NCBI RefSeq assembly: GCF_963920835.1
Contig: NZ_CAWUDP010000039.1
Location: 1 to 32,000 of the forward strand
DNA: 32,000 nt
DNA from: Scytonema sp. PCC 10023
GTDB lineage: Bacteria; Cyanobacteriota; Cyanobacteriia; Cyanobacteriales; Nostocaceae
Reading direction: 5' to 3'
Under the pieces are notes generated by a model. That model was not told where the DNA came from. It did not search any database and was given only the letters and a program-made list of their open reading frames with translations. Below are positions 7,675 through 17,486 of this stretch, piece by piece. Made by a program: the position numbers and the translations under genes. How positions within the stretch are numbered: position 1 is the first letter of the stretch; the number at the start of each line of letters is the position of its first letter.

Positions 7675-8868
7675 ATGACTCAATCTACAGAACAGTCTAC
7701 CAACAAGCGAGTACATCTTCACTATTTAGATGGCTTACGTGGACTTGCAGCATTATACGTGGTATTTTCCCACCTATGGGAATTACAGGAAAATAATGTA
7801 TCTAGTTTATGGCTCGTTGCTACCAAAATTTTCCGATATGGACTCTTCAGTGTCTCAGTCTTTATTGTTCTTTCTGGATACTGTTTGATGCTGCCGGTGG
7901 TTCGCTCTCAAACAGGTCAGATTTCAGGAAGTTTGCTCTCTTACATTAAGAAGCGATCGCGAAGAATTCTGCCGCCTTATTATGCCGCTCTTTTTACATC
8001 GATTATTGTTGCTTTAGTAATAACAATTTTGGTGAAATTCCAAATTTTCCCCTGGAATGATAATTTGTGGGGTCATTTTTCTCGGAATTTCACATTTGGT
8101 GATGTCTTTTATCACCTGTTACTCATTCACAATTTGACACCTGGAGATAAACTGTTTCATATCAACGGCCCATTATGGAGCGTAGCAACAGAATGGCAGA
8201 TATACTTCATTTTTCCTCTGGTATTACTGCCTATATGGCGGCGTTTGGGTTTGTTTTCAGTTGTCGTTATCGCCTTCTTATTGGGACTAACACCCCACTA
8301 TTTACTACACGGATCGATAGACTTAGCGCATCCTTGGTATGTAGGTTTGTTTGCCTTAGGAATGGCTGCCGCAGACATAGGATTTTCTCAAAAGCAGTCA
8401 AAGATGCGAATGAAAAATTTGTTACCGTGGGGTTGGCTTGCCACAATATTTTTTGGGCTAGCATTGGTTGCTGACTCGCCAAAATATGGGATAGCAATAA
8501 TGTGGATTACTGACAGTTTTGTTGGCTTGGCTACTGCCTGTTTGCTAATCTACTGTACTAATTGTGTGATTGATAGCAAACCAACACCTTTAGTTTTGCG
8601 AGTGTTTCAATCTCCCTGGGCAGTTGCACTAGGCACATTCTCCTACAGTCTCTATCTAATTCACGTTGTAGTGATGACTCCAGTGAATCAGTATCTACAC
8701 AGTTTACATCTTTCTCCTCTTGAGAGAAATGTCATATTATATGTAGTCAGTCCCCTAGCGTCTTTGCTAGTCGCATATTCATTTTACATAGTCTTTGAGC
8801 GACCATTCATGTCCAATTTTTTGCAAAAGCGGAAAGTTAAAGATGCAATTGTCTCAAGCGATCGCTAA
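7675..8868 (+). CDS. Acyltransferase family 3 (OafA-like) integral membrane protein
   Basis: YLDGLRGLAALYVVFSHL at the N-terminus and about 10 hydrophobic helices. ATG 7675 is preferred over the non-ATG start at 7636. Confidence 0.8.
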   Translation: MTQSTEQSTNKRVHLHYLDGLRGLAALYVVFSHLWELQENNVSSLWLVATKIFRYGLFSVSVFIVLSGYCLMLPVVRSQTGQISGSLLSYIKKRSRRILPPYYAALFTSIIVALVITILVKFQIFPWNDNLWGHFSRNFTFGDVFYHLLLIHNLTPGDKLFHINGPLWSVATEWQIYFIFPLVLLPIWRRLGLFSVVVIAFLLGLTPHYLLHGSIDLAHPWYVGLFALGMAAADIGFSQKQSKMRMKNLLPWGWLATIFFGLALVADSPKYGIAIMWITDSFVGLATACLLIYCTNCVIDSKPTPLVLRVFQSPWAVALGTFSYSLYLIHVVVMTPVNQYLHSLHLSPLERNVILYVVSPLASLLVAYSFYIVFERPFMSNFLQKRKVKDAIVSSDR

Positions 8869-9079
8869 CTAATTATTATTGATAGGTAATGTGCAACTTT
8901 TATTAGATGACTACAGCAATCCTACTTCAATTGTGGACGTTGCTTGTAGTCTAGGCTTTTAGATTGCGCGGACTGAAAGCCCGCACTACGAACAAATACC
9001 TTTTGGAAAGAAAATTTCTATCCTAGTTTAAAGGTAATCTCAAAATTAGGGAGTTATTAAACTAAGTTGCACGTTACCT

Positions 9080-9469
9080 ATGGACATCATTCAAATTCTT
9101 CAACAGGACTATCAAAGATTTCCAGAGAATCAGACATATAGCATCTACGCTCAAGACGTTTATTTTCAAGATCCGCTGAACAAATTTCGTGGTGTTGAGC
9201 GATACAAGCAGATGATTAAATTCATTAAGACTGTGTTTTTAAATACCAAAATGGACTTGCATGACATTAATCGTGTAGGAGACACAATCAAAACTGAGTG
9301 GACACTCAGCTGGAATACCCCCCTTCCTTGGAAACCACGTATTTCTATATCTGGCTGGAGTGAATTGCGCCTCAACGCTCAAGGTTTGATTGTTTCCCAC
9401 ATAGATTATTGGCACTGTTCGCGCTTGGAAGTGCTGAAACAGCATTTATTTCCCTTAAAAAGTTCATAA
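9080..9469 (+). CDS. DUF2358 (NTF2-like) domain protein
   Basis: YAQDVYFQDPLNKFRGVERYKQMI is characteristic of this family. Confidence 0.6.
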   Translation: MDIIQILQQDYQRFPENQTYSIYAQDVYFQDPLNKFRGVERYKQMIKFIKTVFLNTKMDLHDINRVGDTIKTEWTLSWNTPLPWKPRISISGWSELRLNAQGLIVSHIDYWHCSRLEVLKQHLFPLKSS

Positions 9470-9512
9470 TGTAAATAAGTGTAAATAATTCTCAGCTAGG
9501 ACAAAACGATCA

Positions 9513-10691
9513 ATGCGCGTAATTTTAATGACAGGCAAAGGCGGTGTGGGAAAAACCTCCGTAGCCGCCGCCACTGGACTCCGTTGTGCAGAACTGGGTT
9601 ATCGTACACTTGTTTTGAGTACAGATCCAGCTCACTCTTTAGCAGACAGTTTTGACCTAGAACTGGGACACGCACCGAAACAAATTCGCCCCAATTTGTG
9701 GGGTGCGGAACTGGATGCACTACTAGAACTAGAGGGAAACTGGGGTTCTGTAAAGCGCTACATCACCCAAGTTTTACAAGCACGCGGTTTAGATGGAGTG
9801 CAGGCGGAAGAATTGGCTATTTTACCAGGTATGGATGAGATTTTTGGCTTGGTAAGAATGAAACGCCATTACGATGAAGGGGAGTATGACGTTTTGATTA
9901 TTGACTCAGCTCCTACCGGCACAGCACTGCGCCTCTTGAGTTTACCAGAAGTTAGTGGCTGGTATATGCGCCGTTTTTACAAACCTTTTCAAAATATTTC
10001 TGTTGCACTACGACCTTTAGTTGAACCTTTTTTTAAACCAATTGCTGGGTTCTCTTTACCAGACAAAGAGGTGATGGACGCACCTTACGAGTTTTATCAA
10101 CAAATTGAAGCTTTGGAAAAAGTATTAACAGATAACACTCAAACCTCGGTGCGCCTCGTTACCAACCCCGAAAAGATGGTGATTAAAGAGTCTCTTCGCG
10201 CCCATGCATATCTAAGTTTATATAACGTTGCCACGGATTTAGTCGTCGCAAATCGCATTATTCCCGAAGCAGTGCAAGACCCCTTTTTCCAGCGTTGGAA
10301 AGAGAATCAACAGCAGTATCGCCGGGAAATTCATGACAATTTTCATCCATTGCCTGTTAAGGAAGTTCCGCTTTTCTCTGAGGAAATGTGTGGTTTGGAT
10401 GCCTTAGAACGTCTTAAGGACACGCTCTATAAGGATGAAGATCCATCTCAAGTTTATTACAAAGAAAACACAATTAGAGTAGTACAAGAGAAAAATCAAT
10501 ACAGCTTGGAATTGTACTTACCTGGCATTCCTAAAAATCAGATTCAATTAAGTAAAACTGGAGATGAGTTAAGCATCACAATTGGTAATCACCGCCGGAA
10601 TTTAGTATTGCCACAAGCTTTGGCAGCGCTGCAACCTGCAGGAGCAAAAATGGAAGAAGACTATCTCAAAATTCGTTTTGCTGCGGTGTGA
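9513..10691 (+). CDS. ArsA/GET3/TRC40-family ATPase with C-terminal HSP20-like domain
   Basis: P-loop GKGGVGKTS, then STDPAHSL and DSAPTG. The C-terminal beta-rich segment [29 protein letters not shown] is alpha-crystallin-like. Confidence 0.85.
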   Translation: MRVILMTGKGGVGKTSVAAATGLRCAELGYRTLVLSTDPAHSLADSFDLELGHAPKQIRPNLWGAELDALLELEGNWGSVKRYITQVLQARGLDGVQAEELAILPGMDEIFGLVRMKRHYDEGEYDVLIIDSAPTGTALRLLSLPEVSGWYMRRFYKPFQNISVALRPLVEPFFKPIAGFSLPDKEVMDAPYEFYQQIEALEKVLTDNTQTSVRLVTNPEKMVIKESLRAHAYLSLYNVATDLVVANRIIPEAVQDPFFQRWKENQQQYRREIHDNFHPLPVKEVPLFSEEMCGLDALERLKDTLYKDEDPSQVYYKENTIRVVQEKNQYSLELYLPGIPKNQIQLSKTGDELSITIGNHRRNLVLPQALAALQPAGAKMEEDYLKIRFAAV

Positions 10692-10807
10692 AGATGAGTT
10701 AGAGTGTCAAGGTTGGAATTATGAATTATGAATGATAAAAACTTTTTAATTCATAATTTATATTCTTATTTGAGATGAACCGCTTTACGCCTCATAACTT
10801 GGTATGT

Positions 10808-10837
10808 AGTAAGCGCTTTAGCGCTAAAGCGCTTACT
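10808..10837. terminator. Perfect 30-nt palindrome between convergent genes; candidate bidirectional terminator or dispersed repeat
   Basis: agtaagcgctttagc / gctaaagcgcttact are exact reverse complements. It sits between the stops at 10691 (+) and 10949 (-). Confidence 0.45.
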
Positions 10838-10948
10838 AAGAACTAGTATTTAAGCTTTACTTTTCTTTACATAGTTTGATTTTTTCTCGCCTACTTACTT
10901 AGATCCATTAAATTGTCACAAATAACCCTTAACTGAATGGTATTGCTT

Positions 10949-12112
10949 CTAATTCCTAAGTTGTACGGGCATAGCTAAATAAGTCATCTTCAAACCACCT
11001 AGTGGCGTGAAAATCACTGGAGTCAAGTTTCCATTTAGCTGCATTTGAATTTCAGTAGAGGGTAACTCTTTTAAGCCTTCCATTAAATACTTAATATTGA
11101 AGGCAATGTCTATATCTTCTCCCAATATCTGTGCTGGCATTAATTCTCTTCCATTACCAACATCTTGAGCTTCACAGGATATAGTAATTTCCTGTGCTTC
11201 GCTATCCACGCTGACCTTAACAACATTATTCTTCTGATCTGCGAACACAGCAATCCGCTCCAAAGCGCTCAAAAATTGTTTCCTATCTAAAGTCAATTCC
11301 CGCTGAAATTGTCGAGGGATAAGTTGATGGTAAGCCGGATACTGTCCTTCAAGAGTGCGGCTTGTCAAACGTTGATTTTGCCACTCAAAAACAACTTGAC
11401 CTTGGTCAAAATACAACGCTACAGGTTCATTTTGTGAGTTATTATGAGCGAGCATCCGTGCAAGTTCCCTTAAAGCTCTGGCTGGTACTGTCACTTCTAA
11501 CTGAGTTTCAGTGTTTGTATCTGGACTTTCGTTAGTCGTTTGCACAACTGCTAGGCGATGTCCGTCGGTTGCTGCAAACTCAAGTGTGTCTTGTTGAACT
11601 GTTAAATGCACTCCAGTGAGAACCTGTTTCGTTTCATCTGCACTAGTTGCAAACAGAGAACCTCGCAAGCCCTCAACTAATGCACCAGCAGGAATGTGTA
11701 GCGCTTGAGCATTTTCGATCACAGGGAGTTCTGGAAACTCTTCTGCTCCCATTGCTCGTACTTGATAACGCCCACTCTTGGGTGTCAGTGTAACAATTGA
11801 GCCTTCTCCGCCTAAGGTGTCACCTGTAGCTGATTCGTCTTCTAGAGTGATTTCACCCTCTGGAAGACGAGCAGTAATATCATTGAGCAGCTTAGCTGGA
11901 ATCGCAATTGTTCCAGAGTGCAACACCTCAGCGCTAAAACTGGTGCGGATACCCAAGCTGAGGTCAAAGGCTGTTAAGCTGACTTGGTTATTTTCAGCAT
12001 CCGCTTGTAACAGAACATTAGCAAGTACCGGATGCGTTGGGCGTGAAGGTACAGCACGGCTTGTGAGTGAGAGATGAGTACTGAGGTCGCTTTGGGTGCA
12101 AACTAATTTCAT
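10949..12112 (-). CDS. dnaN: DNA polymerase III beta sliding clamp
   Basis: MKLVCTQSDLSTHLSL...PVLANVLL...; length and three-domain layout are typical. ATG 12112 is preferred over the upstream start at 12151. Confidence 0.9.
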   Translation of the reverse strand: MKLVCTQSDLSTHLSLTSRAVPSRPTHPVLANVLLQADAENNQVSLTAFDLSLGIRTSFSAEVLHSGTIAIPAKLLNDITARLPEGEITLEDESATGDTLGGEGSIVTLTPKSGRYQVRAMGAEEFPELPVIENAQALHIPAGALVEGLRGSLFATSADETKQVLTGVHLTVQQDTLEFAATDGHRLAVVQTTNESPDTNTETQLEVTVPARALRELARMLAHNNSQNEPVALYFDQGQVVFEWQNQRLTSRTLEGQYPAYHQLIPRQFQRELTLDRKQFLSALERIAVFADQKNNVVKVSVDSEAQEITISCEAQDVGNGRELMPAQILGEDIDIAFNIKYLMEGLKELPSTEIQMQLNGNLTPVIFTPLGGLKMTYLAMPVQLRN

Positions 12113-12503
12113 GGTGAACTTTGGCTTCTGTGTTGGATATGTTAGCACCACTCAGATGGGTGTTGGGTAGTTCATTAGTCGCACCTGTGGAAATTGTGGA
12201 AAACTTAGATGCAGGTCTATTTGAAAGATTCTTTCGCAAGTCCTCACCTGTGGAAAACTTGTGGAAAAGCCGAGGGTATTTTCCACAGGGTATTTATACT
12301 TAAATAAAGTTTTCCACTATAACTCTCTAGTTTTCCACAGATTTATTGGGAGTTTTCCACAAAAAATAAAAAAACTTTCACTTATGTAATCTTATCTTAA
12401 AGGTTTTTTAGAGTCAGCTTAACATTAGAAATTATCTGTTGCTTGTGGAAAACTCAATATTTTGTTTCTCTATTTCCCGATAACTAAACACCCCTTTTTA
12501 AGG
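12113..12503. promoter_or_regulatory. Candidate oriC: dnaA-dnaN spacer with nine DnaA boxes and an AT-rich tract
   Basis: TGTGGAAAA at 12195, 12249, 12260 and 12444. TTTTCCACA at 12279, 12331 and 12353. One-mismatch boxes at 12186 (TGTGGAAAT) and 12310 (TTTTCCACT). AT-rich tract at about 12360-12410. Confidence 0.8.
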
Positions 12504-13874
12504 TTAATATGATTTTTTGGGACGGCTAGCCATGTTAATGCGATCGCTCAATTGGCGCAGCGTTTGTGCCAAGTTTTGATCTGTTTGTTGCAGTTGAGTA
12601 ATTTTTTCACAGCTGTACATGACCGTTGTATGGTCTTTCCCACCAAATTCTTCTCCTATTCTAGGCAAACTCAGATCCGTGTGTTTCCGCATGAGATACA
12701 TTGCGATTTGACGCGCCCAACTAATCTCTCGTCGCCGTGAATTCCCTTTAAGGTCTTCTATTGGTACATCAAAAACTTCAGCTATCACTGTTAAAATTCC
12801 TTCTGGTGTAGCTTCTCCCTTCTGCGTTGGCGGTTCTAAAATCGGTGCAAGATTTTCCACCGTCATCGGTAGACCCCAAATAGAAATATACGCTAGCGCT
12901 CGAATCAATGCTCCTTCCAACTCTCGAATATTAGAAGTGTAGTGAGAAGCAATATACTCAACGACATCCCTGGGGAGACGAATATTTTCATACTCAGCTT
13001 TTTTTTGTAAAATCGCCATTCTCGTTTCTAAATCAGGCGCTTGAATATCAGCAATTAACCCCATAGAAAATCGAGAACACAGACGTTCTTGCAACTGAGG
13101 AATTTGGTTGGGAGGGCGATCAGAAGCTAAGACGACTTGCTTGCCTGCTTCATGTAAAGTATTAAAAGTATGGAAAAATTCTTCTTGGGTATATTCCTTA
13201 CCCTCAATAAACTGAATATCATCCACTAAAAGAACATCAGCAGCACGGTAATGCTCGCGGAAACTTTGCATACTGTCGTTACGGATAGCGGTAATTAAAT
13301 CATTCGTAAATTGCTCAGTAGAGACGTAAAATATTCTTGAATCTGGACAAATTTCCAATCGATAGTGACCGATCGCCTGCATGAGGTGAGTTTTCCCTAA
13401 ACCAACGCCACCACACAAGAATAAGGGGTTAAACTCTCTACCAGGATACTCAGCAACTGCTAATGAAGCAGCGTGAGCCATGCGATTGTTCGCACCAACT
13501 ACGAATCGCGAGAAAACATACTTGGGGTTTAATTCTGGAGTTAGTCGGTTTTGAGGAAGCGTTTCTGGAATACTGGCTTGATCCGCGAATCCGGAAGAAA
13601 CTTCTTCACTGACAGAAGATTCATCATTGGTAACAGTTATATAAATATCTACCGGATAACCAAGAATATCTTGTACGACATGAGCGATCGTTTTTATGTA
13701 ATATTTCTGTAACCAATTGCGAGCAAATGGGTTAGGAGTGCAAATCACCAAGCAATTATTTTCCAATCGCTGTGCACTCGCAGTTTTGATCCAAGTTTCA
13801 AAGGTGGGACGGGATAGCTCTAATTGTAAGCGCTCTAGTACCTGACTCCACAGATTTTCTATGGCTATTTCCAT
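12504..13874 (-). CDS. dnaA: Chromosomal replication initiator DnaA
   Basis: Walker [11 protein letters not shown], then LLVDDIQF and a C-terminal DNA-binding domain ([11 protein letters not shown]). Confidence 0.95.
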   Translation of the reverse strand: MEIAIENLWSQVLERLQLELSRPTFETWIKTASAQRLENNCLVICTPNPFARNWLQKYYIKTIAHVVQDILGYPVDIYITVTNDESSVSEEVSSGFADQASIPETLPQNRLTPELNPKYVFSRFVVGANNRMAHAASLAVAEYPGREFNPLFLCGGVGLGKTHLMQAIGHYRLEICPDSRIFYVSTEQFTNDLITAIRNDSMQSFREHYRAADVLLVDDIQFIEGKEYTQEEFFHTFNTLHEAGKQVVLASDRPPNQIPQLQERLCSRFSMGLIADIQAPDLETRMAILQKKAEYENIRLPRDVVEYIASHYTSNIRELEGALIRALAYISIWGLPMTVENLAPILEPPTQKGEATPEGILTVIAEVFDVPIEDLKGNSRRREISWARQIAMYLMRKHTDLSLPRIGEEFGGKDHTTVMYSCEKITQLQQTDQNLAQTLRQLSDRINMASRPKKSY

Positions 13875-14050
13875 GATTTACCACCAATGCTCAGCGATCG
13901 TCACAATAATTGAAGAGATGGGCAAGCGCCAATCGGAGCAAACTATCCTCGCGCACCACCGAATAAGCTTTTGAGTTGTCATCATTCTTGGACTTCCCCT
14001 GGTAGCCAAGATTCTAACACCCACTGATTCATACGGAGAAGCAAAGACAC

Positions 14051-15277
14051 ATGAAAACAAAATACCATGGTTTTCAGCCTAAAGATATTGTTGCAGGGCG
14101 TTTGCCCCATCTGGTCATACTCCTAAGTAGTGTAGCAGTGATGTCTATTGGGGGTTGTTCCATACCTGCTGGTACCCTTGATGCGGGAAAATCAGATGCT
14201 CAGCTTCAAACACCCGTCAAAAGGACAATTGATACCACCTCCACAAATGTATCCGTTGTCTCATCGTCCAGTAATCCTAACTTCGTTGTTGGAGTTGTAC
14301 AAAAAGTCGGACCTGCAGTTGTTCGCATTGATGCTGCTAGAACAGTAGTTTCTCGGGTACCCGAAGATTTTGATGATCCATTTTTCCAGCGGTTTTTTGG
14401 CTCGCAACCTAGAGAAAGAGTAGAACAAGGTAGCGGTTCTGGGTTCATTATTAACTCCGGCGGTCAAATTTTAACGAATTCCCATGTGGTGAACGGTGCT
14501 GAAATTGTCAAGGTGAAACTCAAAGATGGTCGCTCTTTTGACGGACGTGTCATGGGTGAAGACCCGCTGACGGATGTTGCTGTGATTAAAATAGAAGCAA
14601 ATAACTTGCCAACTGTTTCTTTGGGTAACTCTGAAGTTTTGCAACCAGGAGAAGCGGTGATTGCGATTGGTAATCCTCTTGGTTTGGATTATACTGTGAC
14701 ATCTGGTATTATCAGCGCTATAGGTCGTTCTAGCAGTGACATCGGTGTTACTGACAAGCGTGTTGATTTCATTCAAACTGATGCTGCTATTAATCCTGGT
14801 AACTCTGGGGGACCACTGCTGAATGCTCGTGGAGATGTCATCGCTATGAATACTGCAATCATTCGCGGCGCTCAAGGCTTGGGATTTGCTATTCCTATTA
14901 GTACGGCACAGAAGATTGCTCAGGAATTAATAGCAAAAGGTAGAGTTGAACATCCTTATTTAGGTGTTCAAATGGTAACTTTGAATCCAGAAGTTAAGGA
15001 AAAAGTTAAGTCTAGATTAGGGATTAATTTGGCAACAGATAAGGGAGTTTTATTAGTTGATGTTGTGCCGCGTTCTCCAGCAGCCTCCGCTGGACTCAAA
15101 GAAGGTGATGTGATTCAAAGCATTGAAAACCAGTCAGTCTCTACAATAGAAGAAGTACAAAAAATAGTCGAAAATAGTAAAATTGGTTTTCCTGTAAAAT
15201 TACAAGTATTACGCAATGGGCAAACAACACAAATAGCAGTTAAACCTGCACCTTTACCTGTTAGACGTGAAAGCTAA
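14051..15277 (+). CDS. HtrA/Deg (HhoA/HhoB-like) trypsin-type serine protease with PDZ domain
   Basis: Catalytic His (TNSHVV), Asp (DVAVIK) and Ser (GNSGGPL). N-terminal signal/anchor and C-terminal PDZ ([12 protein letters not shown]). Confidence 0.9.
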   Translation: MKTKYHGFQPKDIVAGRLPHLVILLSSVAVMSIGGCSIPAGTLDAGKSDAQLQTPVKRTIDTTSTNVSVVSSSSNPNFVVGVVQKVGPAVVRIDAARTVVSRVPEDFDDPFFQRFFGSQPRERVEQGSGSGFIINSGGQILTNSHVVNGAEIVKVKLKDGRSFDGRVMGEDPLTDVAVIKIEANNLPTVSLGNSEVLQPGEAVIAIGNPLGLDYTVTSGIISAIGRSSSDIGVTDKRVDFIQTDAAINPGNSGGPLLNARGDVIAMNTAIIRGAQGLGFAIPISTAQKIAQELIAKGRVEHPYLGVQMVTLNPEVKEKVKSRLGINLATDKGVLLVDVVPRSPAASAGLKEGDVIQSIENQSVSTIEEVQKIVENSKIGFPVKLQVLRNGQTTQIAVKPAPLPVRRES

Positions 15278-15286
15278 ATTATACAG

Positions 15287-15411
15287 CAGAAGTCAGAAGT
15301 CAGGAGGAGGCAGTGCGGTGGTGAACCAGTGCTGCAGGAGGGTTTCCCTCCGCAGGCAACTGGTGAAAGGGTTCCCCGGCATAAAGCAACTGCCGTTCAG
15401 AAGTCAGAAGT
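15287..15411. repeat. 97-nt MITE/SDR-like insert flanked by a 14-nt direct repeat (cagaagtcagaagt)
   Basis: Direct repeats at 15287-15300 and 15398-15411, each two CAGAAGT heptamers. The insert contains ctgcaggagggtttccctccgcagg (15332-15356), which recurs inverted with one mismatch at 18641-18665. Confidence 0.6.
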
Positions 15412-15580
15412 AAAATTTGCTCAGTGTCTCGGCTTTTAAACAACAACGTTGTACTTCATTTACTTGTAATGTACTGTAAATTATGAAGTATGAATTATGA
15501 ATTAAAAATATTCCTGATTCATCTTTTATATTTCATAAGTCCTTCATAAGCTTTTCCTATAATTAGGAGTTTTTATTTTT

Positions 15581-16114
15581 ATGGGTGAATTGTTACCAAT
15601 AATTCAATTAGGCGATCCAATACTGCATCAAAAAGCTACACTGGTAGAAAATATCAATGATCAGCGCATTCAAAAACTGATTGACGACTTAATGGCGACA
15701 GTTGCTCAGGCTAACGGTGTTGGGATTGCTGCACCTCAAGTTGCCGAATCCTGTCGTCTATTTATCGTTGCCTCTCGCCCTAATCCCAGGTATCCCAACG
15801 CTCCGTCGATGGAACCAACTGCAATGATTAATCCCAAAATCATTGCTTCTTCAACGGAGATAGTTAAAAGTTGGGAAGGTTGTTTGTCTATTCCTGGGAT
15901 TAGAGGATTAGTTCCAAGATCCCAAGCAATTGAAGTAGAATATACAGACCGAAATGGTAAACTACAAAAGCAAGAATTGACTGATTTTGTAGCTCGTATA
16001 TTTCAACACGAGTATGACCATCTCGACGGTATCGTCTTTTTAGATAAGCTAGAAAGTACTTTGGACGTAATCACAGAGCAGGAATATCAGAAAAGAGTGA
16101 TTAACAACACTTAA
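15581..16114 (+). CDS. def: Peptide deformylase
   Basis: Motifs GVGIAAPQ, EGCLSIPG and QHEYDHLDG. Confidence 0.9.
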   Translation: MGELLPIIQLGDPILHQKATLVENINDQRIQKLIDDLMATVAQANGVGIAAPQVAESCRLFIVASRPNPRYPNAPSMEPTAMINPKIIASSTEIVKSWEGCLSIPGIRGLVPRSQAIEVEYTDRNGKLQKQELTDFVARIFQHEYDHLDGIVFLDKLESTLDVITEQEYQKRVINNT

Positions 16115-16208
16115 GTATTAATAATTCTAAAGAGTGATCATATCTTTGGAATTTTAAGTTACATTTAACCTATTGTTAACCATCTGGCTTGACGCAGTTA
16201 TCGGGTAA

Positions 16209-17486
16209 ATGACCAAAACTCTCAGTAGTCGCGAGAGATTAAGTCCTCGGGAGCAAAAGCTTGTCGATTTAATCTCAGATCACCAACAAGATCATCAACA
16301 AAGCGATGAATCAAGTGAAACTACCAGCAAATCTGTTGCACAATCTGTTGCACAATCAACAATGCAACCACCTGTAGGTGGATTGCATATTGTTCATGCA
16401 ACAGCAGGGCGCGTCCGAATCCGTGCTACTGACGGTAGTCATAACTCGATACTTGAAACCATCTCTCAAAATTTAAGAAAGCAAGATGGGGTCAGGGAAG
16501 TCTCCGTTAATGATCAAACGGGCAGTTTAGTCGTTAACTTTGATGAAAAGAAACTGTCCTTGCCCCAGATGTTGGAGAGACTCCAGCAATTTGACATACA
16601 CCAATTGCCAGCTTCGCCTCAAGCAGAAAGCAAACAAGACCCGTTTGCTGCATGGAAATCTGCTGAATTTTGGAAAGAGCAGGGCATTTCGTTTATTCCG
16701 ATGTTTACGGGATTAGCAGTCACCGGAGGACTGGGAATCAGTGGTTTGCCATCGATTCCGGTTTACATGATTACGGCAAATGCAACTCGTCGGGTGATTG
16801 ACTCTCTTAAGCCTCAAGTTGCAGCATCACAAATCAAGAAAAATTCTCAAAAAGCTTCGGAAAAAAAACTCAATAAAACTGACCAACCTTCATCATCAAA
16901 AGTGCAGCAAACATTTCCCATCAAAACTGAAAAGTCAACAAATGTTGTTGACAAGGTTAACGACGTAAAAGCACAGCCTGGAAAAATTGCTTATAGCGTT
17001 GTTCATGCCATTCCAGGACGTATCAGGTTTAATGTGCCGCGAGTTGCCCGCGATCGCGCTTATGCGCGGCGACTTGAGAGGTTACTGAAAACCGATTCTA
17101 AAGTGACAAGCGTGCGTATGAATTGCGATGCAGCATCAATTGCGATCGCCCACAAAGCAGGTGAGATACCAGTGTCCTACTGGGTTGGTTTGATGGAGTT
17201 GGCTGACAAAACAATCCCTGAAACAACACCTGTAAAGACAACACCTGTAAACACAACAACAGAGCAACCGCTTCCACCAAATCAGCTTGTAGAACCAGCA
17301 GGATCAACAACAGCAGAACAGCAGCCAATCGAAACAGCCAGTATATGGTCTGATTTCAAGACTCCGGCTCTTTCTACGGCTCTATCGTTTCTGGCGAACT
17401 TTCCGTTAGACTCAGTTCCCGACTCAGGAACATTGGAGGACAAAAATGGCTGGTTCAACATCGCAATTAACACTGCACTCAAGTAA
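16209..17486 (+). CDS. Protein with two cysteine-less HMA-like (HMA_2-type) modules flanking a Gly-rich hydrophobic segment
   Basis: Module 1 at about 16380-16589 (LHIVHATAGRVRIRA...GSLVVNF). Hydrophobic FIPMFTGLAVTGGLGISGLPSIPVYMI at about 16686-16778. Module 2 at about 16983-17204 (YSVVHAIPGRIRFNVPRVARDRAYARRLERLLK...AASIAIAH). Confidence 0.7.
   Translation: MTKTLSSRERLSPREQKLVDLISDHQQDHQQSDESSETTSKSVAQSVAQSTMQPPVGGLHIVHATAGRVRIRATDGSHNSILETISQNLRKQDGVREVSVNDQTGSLVVNFDEKKLSLPQMLERLQQFDIHQLPASPQAESKQDPFAAWKSAEFWKEQGISFIPMFTGLAVTGGLGISGLPSIPVYMITANATRRVIDSLKPQVAASQIKKNSQKASEKKLNKTDQPSSSKVQQTFPIKTEKSTNVVDKVNDVKAQPGKIAYSVVHAIPGRIRFNVPRVARDRAYARRLERLLKTDSKVTSVRMNCDAASIAIAHKAGEIPVSYWVGLMELADKTIPETTPVKTTPVNTTTEQPLPPNQLVEPAGSTTAEQQPIETASIWSDFKTPALSTALSFLANFPLDSVPDSGTLEDKNGWFNIAINTALK

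Noticed and set aside
13878-14060. 60-aa minus-strand ORF upstream of dnaA
   Set aside because: It lies in the divergent dnaA/htrA promoter region and overlaps the htrA start. It has no RBS or family resemblance.
14471-14875. 134-aa minus-strand ORF inside the HtrA-type protease gene
   Set aside because: It is antisense to a gene with an intact catalytic triad, and its translation has no recognisable features. The same reasoning applies to the antisense ORFs at 19292-19699, 20701-21069, 23976-24329, 27396-27677 and similar ones in the track.
16115-16208. Possible Fur box or operator upstream of the ATPase cluster (ttaataattct...tgatcatatc; gttacatttaac)
   Set aside because: Only weak partial matches to the NATWAT hexamer scheme in generally AT-rich DNA. 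Not supportable without a position-weight-matrix scan or binding data.
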